DNA of 64,000 bases from an uncultured Candidatus Binatia bacterium (GTDB taxonomy: Bacteria; Desulfobacterota; Binatia; UBA9968; JAJDTQ01), in contig OZ251459.1 in the NCBI GenBank assembly GCA_965242525.1, forward strand, positions 2,656,001 to 2,720,000. Reading direction: 5' to 3'. Below the pieces are notes generated by a model, which had not been told where the DNA came from, ran no database searches, and saw nothing but the letters and a program-made list of their open reading frames with translations. Within the stretch, counting starts at the first letter, position 1, and every line of letters starts with the position of its first letter. Below, piece by piece: positions 56,570-64,000 of this stretch. A program made the translations under genes and the position numbers.

Positions 56570-56684
56570 GGAACGTCTGATCAATTCCGGCTTGAACTCT
56601 CTCTCCCTCTCCCTGCAGGAAAGCGCGTCCTTCGACTTCGCTTCGCTACGCTCAGGACGAACGGGGATGATTGTTCAGGATTCC
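56570..56684. mobile_element. MITE copy at the site of a deleted toxin gene
   Basis: GGAACGTCTGATCAATT ... ATTGTTCAGGATTCC with REP core; flanks do not match. Confidence 0.75.
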
Positions 56685-56733
56685 CTGATTTCTGGACCTC
56701 AACGTACTCAATCGTCCGGGGCAAGGCAAGCCT

Positions 56734-58191
56734 TCACCTCCCCAGCGCCTCCCCCAGCATCGCCCTCAGCCGCTCCCGCAGGGCTGCGGTCTCGGCCTCC
56801 GCTTCGGCCAGTTTCGCCAGCAGTTCTTCCGGGTCGCCGTGGTCGGCTTCCGCGGCGTGGGGGTTCTTGACGTCCAGGTTCCAGCCGCGGGCCGCGACCT
56901 CGTCCGCGTCCACTTTCCAGGCGCGGGGGGTTGCCTTGCGGCCCTTGCGGTTCGGGCCGCCCCACCAGTCCATGCAGGGTTGCAGGTGTTCCAGCTTGAT
57001 GGGCCTGGTCATGGAATAGGCTTTCCGGTCTTCGGGCACGAGGTGCTCGTAGAACCAGGTTTCCCGGGTGGGCTCGCCCTTCTCGAAGAACAGCAGGTTG
57101 GTGCCGATGGAGGCGTAGGGCTTGAACACGGAGTTGGGCAGGCGGACGATGGTGTGGAGGTTGCACTCCTCCATCAGGTGCTCCTTGAGCCGGGTCTTGA
57201 CGCCCTCGCCGAACAGGGAGCCGTCGGGCAGCACCACCGCGGCGCGCCCGCCGGGCTTCAGCAGCCGCACGATCAGGGCCAGGAACAGGTCCGCGGTCTC
57301 CTTGGTGCGGAAGTGCGCGGGGAAGTTGCTCTCGATGCCGTCTTCTTCCTTGCCGCCGAAGGGCGGGTTGGTGAGCACCACGTCCACCCGGTCCTTCCGC
57401 CCCCAGCTCGTGTAGGGCCGCGCCAGGGTGTTGTCGTGGCGCACGAAGCCCGGGTCCTCGACGCCGTGCAGCAGCATGTTGGTGACGCACAGCATGTGCG
57501 GAAGCTGCTTCTTCTCCACCGCGCGCAGGGACGCCTGCATGGCCTGCTCGTCCTCGGGCCGCTTGACGTAGCGCTTGCGCATGTGGCGCAGGGCGCAGGT
57601 CAGGAACCCGCCGGTGCCGCAGGCCGGGTCGAACATGACTTCGCCCGGCCTGGGGTCGATGCGGTCGGCCATGAAGGCGGTGACGGCCCGGGGCGTGTAG
57701 TACTCGCCGGCGTTGCCCGCGGACTGCAGGTCGTTCAGCAGTTGCTCGTAGATGTCGCCGAAGTGCTGGCGTTCGGTGAGGTCGTTGAAATCCACGTCGT
57801 TGATGCGGTTCACCACCTGCCGCATCAACTGGCCGGACTTCATGTAGTTGTAGGCGTCCTCGAACACGTCCCGCACCACGCGCCCCCGGTCTCCAGCCCG
57901 GCCGCCCGGCCGAAGCGCCTTCAGGGCCGGGAACAACTCGTCGTCGATGAAACCCAGCAGCGCGTCGCCGGTGACGCCTTCGGGGTCCGCGGCCCAGGCG
58001 CGCCACCGGAACCGTTCCGGGATCGGGGAAGCGTAGCCTTCCCGCATCAGTTCCAGTTCCCGGTCCTGGTCGTCGATGATCTTGAGGAAGAACATCCAGC
58101 ACAACTGGCTGATGCGCTGGGCGTCGCCGTCCACGCCCACGTCCTGGCGCATGACGTTCTGGACGGACTTGACCAGGGTGCGGACCGACAT
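56734..58191 (-). CDS. hsdM: Type I RM methyltransferase subunit (EcoAI-like)
   Basis: DVGVDGDAQRISQ, AGEYYTPR, DPACGTGGFL, NPPF, VLPDG.LFG. Confidence 0.96.
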   Translation of the reverse strand: MSVRTLVKSVQNVMRQDVGVDGDAQRISQLCWMFFLKIIDDQDRELELMREGYASPIPERFRWRAWAADPEGVTGDALLGFIDDELFPALKALRPGGRAGDRGRVVRDVFEDAYNYMKSGQLMRQVVNRINDVDFNDLTERQHFGDIYEQLLNDLQSAGNAGEYYTPRAVTAFMADRIDPRPGEVMFDPACGTGGFLTCALRHMRKRYVKRPEDEQAMQASLRAVEKKQLPHMLCVTNMLLHGVEDPGFVRHDNTLARPYTSWGRKDRVDVVLTNPPFGGKEEDGIESNFPAHFRTKETADLFLALIVRLLKPGGRAAVVLPDGSLFGEGVKTRLKEHLMEECNLHTIVRLPNSVFKPYASIGTNLLFFEKGEPTRETWFYEHLVPEDRKAYSMTRPIKLEHLQPCMDWWGGPNRKGRKATPRAWKVDADEVAARGWNLDVKNPHAAEADHGDPEELLAKLAEAEAETAALRERLRAMLGEALGR

Positions 58192-58194
58192 GGT

Positions 58195-60635
58195 TCAGGC
58201 GGTCTCCCGGTACAGGGCGTCCTGCAGGGTGTGGACGGCCTCCACGAAACCCTCCCGGCCGCCGAACGCCTCGATCAACTGGACCGGCGTGCCCAGGCGG
58301 GTGAACGGCGCGATGCGCAGGACCTCGGTGTCGTCGAGGTTGAGCACCCCCTCGTCCGCGTACTTGTCGAGCAGGGCGTCGAGCACCGACCGGGCCCGGC
58401 CGCCGTACCGGGCGAACACGTCGCGTTTCCGGACGTTGTCCGCCCGTTCCCGGCGGGTCAGCGGCTTGGCGTCGAAGGCCACGTGGCAGATGAGGTCGAA
58501 GGGGTCCAGGTCCTTGCCCAGTTCCCAGGCCATGGCGTCGAGGCTCAGGCCCTCGGCCTCCAGCTCCTCGACCACCGCCTGTTTGCGCTCCGCGGCCTTC
58601 CAGCGCCGGAGGAAGGAGTCGAGGCTGGCGAAGCGCCGCTTCAACGCCTTGCGGGTGAAGTCGTACAGGGACTCGGTGACCAGCTTGCCGTGTTCGTCGA
58701 GGTGCTCCACCCGCTCGGCGACGATGCGCGCCCCTACCCGTCCACATAGACCTTGCGCCGGGCCTCGGAGGGTGGCGGACCCACCGGCGTACAGACGATG
58801 GTCTCGTCCTCGCCCGGTTCCCGCGGTATGGGGTCGTCCTCGTCGTCCGGGGGCGGCGCGTGGTCGGGCGGGGCGACGGGGTCGTCGTCCCCCGGTTCGT
58901 AGATCTGCACCGGCTCCCCGTCGAAGTCCGGGTCGGCGAAGTGGCTGGCAGCCCCGCGGAAGTCCATCAAGGTGAAATAGAACTTGCGCGTGTCCTCGTG
59001 CACGCGGCTGCCGCGCCCCACGATCTGCTTGAACTCGGTCATGGACCCCACCGGGCGGTCCAGCACGATCAACCGGCAGGTCTGGACGTCCACGCCGGTG
59101 GAGAGCAGGCGCGAGGTGGTGACCAGCACCGGGTAGCGGGATTCCGGGTCGATGAAGTTCCCCAACTGCGCCTGCCCTTCGGCGTCCTCTCCGGTGATGC
59201 GCATGACGTAGCGATGGTTCCGGCCCGTCAGGTCGGCGTTCTCGTTGACCAGCGCCTGCCTCATGCGGGCGGCGTGTTCCTGGTCCACGCAGAAGACCAT
59301 GGTCTTCTGGAAACGGTCGCCGCTCTGTTCCAGGAACTCGGTGACCTTGCGGGCCACCAGTTTCGTCCGCTCGTCCAGCACCAGGGTACGGTCGAAGTCC
59401 CGGGCGTTGTAGATGAGGTCCTCCACCTCCCGGCCCTCCCGGTCGAGTTGCCCGGCTACCGGGCGGTAGCCCTCCACGTCCCGGTCGATGTGGACCTTGA
59501 CGACCTTGTAGGGGGCGAGGAAGCCGTCGCGGATGCCCTGTTTCAGGGAGTAGGAATAGACCGGCTCGCCGAAGTAGTGGATGTTGGAGGCGTACCGGGT
59601 CTCCCGGGGCGTGGCGGTCAGTCCGACCTGCGCGGCCCCGGAGAAGTACTCCAGGATCTCCCGCCAAGCCGAGTCCTCCGCGGCGCTCCCCCGGTGGCAC
59701 TCGTCGATGACGATCAGGTCGAAGAAGCCGGGCGAGAACTCGCGGAAGAGCTTCTGCCGCTCCTCCGGTCCGGTGATGGCCTGGTAGAGGCCGAGATAGA
59801 CCTCGTAGGCGGTGTCGATGCGGCGCTTTCCGCCGTGGGCGTCGGTGGAGGTTTCGGCGCCGCGGTCCTCCCGCCGGATGGTCCCGGAGCGGGTGGAGAG
59901 CTTGGCCATGGCCGGGCCGAAGGGCCGGAAGTCGTTGACCATGGCCTGATCGACCAGCACGTTGCGGTCGGCCAGGAACAGGATGCGCTTCCGGCGGCCC
60001 GCCTTCCACAGCCGCCAGATGATCTGGAAGGCGGTGTAGGTCTTGCCGGTTCCCGTGGCCATGACCAGCAGGACCCGGTCCCGGCCCTTGGCGATGGCCT
60101 CCACCGCGGCGTTGACGGCGTTGACCTGGTAGTAGCGCGGGGCCTTGTCGCCGCCGTCGTCGAAATAGTCCTGGAGGACCACCTCCTCGGCCTCGGGGGT
60201 CAGCCCCTTCCAGGCCCGGTAGCGCTCCCACAGGTCGTCCGGCGACGGGAAGGAGTCGAGTCCGAGGGTGGTTTCCCTTTCGCCGCTCTTGCGGGTCCGG
60301 TCGTGGAACACGAAGCCGTCGCCGTTGGAGGAGAAGACGAAGGGGACCTCCAGCGTCTCGGCGTAGTCCAGGGCCTGCTGCATTCCGTCGCCCGCGGCGT
60401 GGGTTTTGTCCTTGGCCTCGATCAGCGCGATGGGGAGGTTGGGCCGGTAGTACAGCACGTAGTCGGCCCGCTTGGCCCTGCCCCGGCTCACCAGCCGGCC
60501 GCGCACGACGATGCGGCCCTTGGTGAAGCCTACCTCCTCGCGGACCTGCGACATCTCGTCCCACCCGGCCTTGCGCAGGGCCGGGGTGATGAACTTGGTG
60601 CAAACGTCGCGTTCGCTGAGTTTCCGCCCGTCCAC
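58195..60635 (-). pseudogene. hsdR: Type I restriction subunit HsdR (EcoAI family) with a single-base frameshift near 58737
   Basis: [47 protein letters not shown]; frame stops at VYVDG* and the C-terminal domain ([10 protein letters not shown]...DPFDLICHVAF) continues in another frame. Confidence 0.88.
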
Positions 60636-60649
60636 GCCCGGGGCTTCCT

Positions 60650-61711
60650 TCAGGCTTGGCCGCTTCCCCTGTACAGGGAGGAACCCTTGTAGCGCTGGGC
60701 CAGGAACCGGGCGAGGACGCCGAGGATGGCGACCGCGGGCACCGAGAACAGTATCCCGACGAGGCCGAACAGGGCGCCCCCGGCCGCCAGGCCGAAGATC
60801 AGCCAGAGAGGATGCAGGACCAGCCTGGGGTCGATGATGCGCGGGACCAGCACGTAGTTGGCCAGCAGTTGGCCCGCGGCGAATATGCCCGGCACCAGCG
60901 CGATACGGAGCCACTCGGGCCAGTACTGGATGAAGGCAATCCCCAAGGACAGGACGAGGCCGAAGACCGTCCCCACGTAGGGAATGAACGAAAGGACGCC
61001 CACGAGCAGGCCGATGGCGAAGCCGTAGGCCAGCCCTGTCAGGGAAAGCGCGGCGCCGTAGAACGCCGCCAGCGCCGCGCCCAGGAGGAAGGACCCCCGG
61101 AGGAACCCCTTGAGCACGCCGTCGATGTCGCGCGCGATGCCCCGGACCGCCTCCGCATGGTCCCGGGGCAACCCGTCGTCGATGGCGGCCACCACGTCCG
61201 GCCATTGCAGCAGCAGGTAGAAGGCGGTGACCGGCGTAATGGTGAGCAGGGCGGCCGCCTGGAAGACCGCGGCCCCGTTGCCGAGCAGGCTGAGGCCGTT
61301 GACGAGGCCCCAGACCACCGCGCTCATGGTTTCGATCCCGCCCAGCACCCCTTGCTCCAACTCCGCGGCCTGGCTGATGCCCGCCTGGACGAGCAGGGGC
61401 CCGATGAACTTGACTAGGCCCGACAGGAACAGCGGGAGTTGCCGGAGCAGTTCTGCGGTCTGCAATCCCACCGGGGGGAGCACGAGCAGGAACGCAGCGA
61501 GCCCGGCGCCCAGGAATCCCCCCATGACCAGCGCCGCGGCAGGAAGCCGCGGCATCCCGCGCCTTTCCATCCACGCCGCGGCCGGGTCGAGCAGCCAAGC
61601 GATCCCGGCGCCGAGGACGAAGGGAAACAGGACCGGGCCCAGGAGCCAGACCAGCAGCAGCGCCGCGGCCAGCGCCGCCAGCCAGAAGAATGCCTGTGAG
61701 CGCGCGTTCAT
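60650..61711 (-). CDS. AI-2E family transporter
   Basis: [39 protein letters not shown]. Confidence 0.92.
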   Translation of the reverse strand: MNARSQAFFWLAALAAALLLVWLLGPVLFPFVLGAGIAWLLDPAAAWMERRGMPRLPAAALVMGGFLGAGLAAFLLVLPPVGLQTAELLRQLPLFLSGLVKFIGPLLVQAGISQAAELEQGVLGGIETMSAVVWGLVNGLSLLGNGAAVFQAAALLTITPVTAFYLLLQWPDVVAAIDDGLPRDHAEAVRGIARDIDGVLKGFLRGSFLLGAALAAFYGAALSLTGLAYGFAIGLLVGVLSFIPYVGTVFGLVLSLGIAFIQYWPEWLRIALVPGIFAAGQLLANYVLVPRIIDPRLVLHPLWLIFGLAAGGALFGLVGILFSVPAVAILGVLARFLAQRYKGSSLYRGSGQA

Positions 61712-61733
61712 GGGAGACCCGTGGGTTGCCGAC

Positions 61734-62288
61734 TCAGGCCGGGCCGGGGTCCGGCGGCCCGAGCCGCAGCTCCCTTGCGGCGCAGAACCGCGCCACTTCG
61801 CGTTCCAGCGCGGCCACGTCCTCGCAATCGACGATCTCGGATGACTCCCGGTGGTCCAGCGCCGCGCCGGCGAGCCGGTCGGCCCAGCCCCCGGACCCCT
61901 GCAGGAGGTAGATGGGGCGTCCGTGGATCCATCCGAAGCAGAGCTCGGACAGGGAGCCGGCGCCGCCGCCCACCGCCACGATGAAGTCTCCCGCCAGCGC
62001 GGTCAGGACGTTGCGCGCGTGGCCCAGGCCGGTGGGGATGACCACGCCGCACCAGGGGTTGGCCGCGTCCGCGTCCGTGCCGGGGGTGATGCCCACCGTG
62101 AGGCCGCCGGCCCGGGCGGCGCCTCGGGCGGCCGCTTCCATGACCCCGCCGCGGCCGCCGGTGACCAGCGTGACGGAGCGGCGCGCGAGCATCTCTCCGG
62201 CCTGCTCCGCCAGCGCGAGGACCGGGGCCGGGGCGTCCGAGTCCCCGACCAGGGCGGCTTGCGCAAAACGTGCCGCGCCCGGGTTCAC
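61734..62288 (-). CDS. TIGR00725/LOG (SLOG) family protein
   Basis: VTGGRGGVMEAA.RGA, TGLGHARN, GGGAGSLSE. Confidence 0.88.
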   Translation of the reverse strand: MNPGAARFAQAALVGDSDAPAPVLALAEQAGEMLARRSVTLVTGGRGGVMEAAARGAARAGGLTVGITPGTDADAANPWCGVVIPTGLGHARNVLTALAGDFIVAVGGGAGSLSELCFGWIHGRPIYLLQGSGGWADRLAGAALDHRESSEIVDCEDVAALEREVARFCAARELRLGPPDPGPA

Positions 62289-62306
62289 CGGTCCGTCCGT
62301 CTGCCC

Positions 62307-63773
62307 TCAGTCCAGCAGGTAGCCGAATTTCTCATGCGCTTTCCGCACCACTTCCGGGCTGGGCGCGTTCACCTTGGGGTACTTGTCGAACCACTCGAAG
62401 GGGCGGCAGGCATCGACGACCACGCGGGAGTTGGTGATGTCGCGGGCCGCGCGCTGCTCCGGGGTCACGCGAGGGTCCGCGGGCGAGGTGCGCATCTTGC
62501 GCAGGATCTCGATGGAGGTCTCGGGGTCGCACCGGGTGAGCATGGCCCAGATCAACTGGTCCAGGTTCGACACGTCGATGTCGTCGTCCACCACGATGAC
62601 GAACTTGCACCCATAGACCACCGAGCCGCAGGTGGACGCCAGCGTGCCCGCCTGCCGGGCGTGGCCGGGATACCGTTGCTTGATGGCGATTCCGTGCATC
62701 AGGCGCGAGGCGCCGACCTCGTGGCACCACACCTGGGTCACGTCCGGGACGCCGGCGTCGGCCAGTTCCTGCTTGAGCATGGCCGAACGCATGATGGCCC
62801 GGTAGCGCGCCATCTCGTCGGGGCCGGCGCCCAGCGGCGGGACCCCCAGGATGACGGGGTCGTTGCGGTGGTAGATGGCGCGCACGTCGAGGGTCGGTTG
62901 CTCGCTGGCGCCGCCGGCGTAGTACCCCGTCCACTCGCCGAAGGGTCCTTCCACCGCGCGGTTGCCGGAGGTCAGGAACCCTTCCAGCACGATCTCGGCG
63001 TTGGCCGGGAAGGGCAGGCCGGTGACCTTGCCCCGCACCACTTCCACCGGAGCGCCGCGCAGTCCCCCCACCACGTCGAACTCGCACACGCCGTAGGGGA
63101 ACTCCGTCCCTGCCACGAAGAACGACATGGGGTCGCTCCCCACCACCAGGGCCACGGGCATGGGTTGGCCCCGGTCGAAGTATTTCTTTCGGTGCATGTA
63201 GGCGTGCTTGCCGGGGACGAACAGCAGGCTCACGGCGTTCCTGCCCTGGACCATGGCCCGGTAGGTGCCCACGTTGATCCACCGTTCCTCCGGGTCGATG
63301 GTCACGCAGAAACAGCCCGTGCCGATGTAGCGGCCGCCGTCGTCCGCGTGCCACTTGGGGGTGGGGAAGAGGGTCACGTCCACGTCGTCGCCGGTGAGGA
63401 CGTTCTCGAACACCGGCCCGTCATCGACTACCACGTGGGGCAGCCGCCGCTGGACCTTGATGTAGTGCTCGAAGAACGCCTGGCTGAGCTCCTGCTTGGT
63501 GAGGTGCTCCGGGAACCCCAGGGTCATGTTCCGGCGCTTGCCGGCAAAGGCGTTGATCATGACCCGGAACCCCTTGGGACATCCGGGGACTTCGTCGAAC
63601 AGGACCGCGGGTCCGTCGTCGGCGCGGATCACCGCGTCCGCGGCCAGCCCGATGTCCTCTTGCCAGCTCGCGCCAGTGACGGTGCGGAGCTCGCCCAGGG
63701 CGTCGGCCCGGGCCATCCATTCGCGCAGGTCCCGGTAGGGGAGCCTGGCTTCCATGGCAGCGGTTGTCGTCAC
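62307..63773 (-). CDS. UbiD family (prFMN-dependent) decarboxylase
   Basis: DLREW, DGGRYIGT, NVGTYR, EIVLEG, EGPFGEWTGYY, VVDDDID, WAMLTR.DP. Confidence 0.93.
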   Translation of the reverse strand: MTTTAAMEARLPYRDLREWMARADALGELRTVTGASWQEDIGLAADAVIRADDGPAVLFDEVPGCPKGFRVMINAFAGKRRNMTLGFPEHLTKQELSQAFFEHYIKVQRRLPHVVVDDGPVFENVLTGDDVDVTLFPTPKWHADDGGRYIGTGCFCVTIDPEERWINVGTYRAMVQGRNAVSLLFVPGKHAYMHRKKYFDRGQPMPVALVVGSDPMSFFVAGTEFPYGVCEFDVVGGLRGAPVEVVRGKVTGLPFPANAEIVLEGFLTSGNRAVEGPFGEWTGYYAGGASEQPTLDVRAIYHRNDPVILGVPPLGAGPDEMARYRAIMRSAMLKQELADAGVPDVTQVWCHEVGASRLMHGIAIKQRYPGHARQAGTLASTCGSVVYGCKFVIVVDDDIDVSNLDQLIWAMLTRCDPETSIEILRKMRTSPADPRVTPEQRAARDITNSRVVVDACRPFEWFDKYPKVNAPSPEVVRKAHEKFGYLLD

Positions 63774-63789
63774 GTGTCTCGACCTCGTT

Positions 63790-64000
63790 TCAGGCGGCCA
63801 TGGACTTGATGCGCTCCACCGCCTCGTCCACCAGTTCGTCGGTGGTCTCGTTGGCGCCGATGACGCCCACCCTGGACTTGCCGGTGAACCACGAGCGCTC
63901 CAGGTCCTCGACCTTCTCGATCCGGTGCACGTTGTCGTTGAACGCCCGGGCCACTTCCTCCATGCGGTTGGTCATGCCCTCGGTCCAGCCGAAGATCACC
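63790..64000 (-). CDS. C-terminal fragment of an IspH/LytB-like protein (cut by window edge)
   Basis: HRIEKVEDLERSWFTGKSRVGVIGANETTDELVDEAVERI resembles the IspH domain-3 C-terminus. Confidence 0.6.
   Translation of the reverse strand, partial: VIFGWTEGMTNRMEEVARAFNDNVHRIEKVEDLERSWFTGKSRVGVIGANETTDELVDEAVERIKSMAA

Larger units (their letters stand above)
48558..60635. other. Defence island (TA modules, XRE-IrrE/PIN, SIR2-HerA-KTSC, type I RM)
   Basis: Clustered defence genes; lower GC over about 48.6-56.7 kb; housekeeping/transport genes on both sides. Confidence 0.85.

Noticed and set aside
48558-60635. Defence island as a prophage or ICE
   Set aside because: No integrase, tRNA target, flanking direct repeats, or structural/conjugation genes were seen.
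61734-62288. SLOG/LOG gene as a Thoeris-like sensor
   Set aside because: It is a stand-alone TIGR00725 type in a backbone-GC operon with ubiD and an AI-2E transporter, and is not fused to an effector.

Overview
High-GC bacterial chromosome segment. The gene order resembles deltaproteobacteria/Binatia (inference only). A core housekeeping backbone runs through the middle: rlpA, yebC-ruvCAB, an NtrY-like kinase plus a receiver-LpxC fusion, yceD-rpmF-plsX-fabD-fabG-acpP-glyA-nrdR-ribD-ribE-ribBA-ribH-nusB-leuS-lptE, rpsT, murJ, tatC and pncB. Two accessory regions flank it. (1) At 0.4-7.1 kb: a lower-GC TIR-domain gene, a three-gene operon of secreted LPP20/FlgT-N-like proteins, and a nuclease-less type ISP/IIG-like methyltransferase. 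(2) At 48.6-60.6 kb, a defence island: a RelE-family TA pair, an RHH protein, XRE-ImmA/IrrE plus PIN, a divergent SIR2-HerA-KTSC operon, and a decayed type IB RM system (half HsdS, frameshifted HsdR, orphan antitoxin, toxin remnants). Intergenic regions hold about a dozen copies of an IS5-like MITE (GGAA-initiated TIRs, 4-bp TSDs) built around a REP core, plus two other REP families. The best candidates for undescribed biology are the NtrY + REC-LpxC fusion (possible direct phospho-control of lipid A synthesis) and SIR2-HerA-KTSC facing an XRE-IrrE/PIN module. No rRNA, tRNA, CRISPR array, integrase or transposase was recognised. Family assignments come from motif recognition, not database searches.
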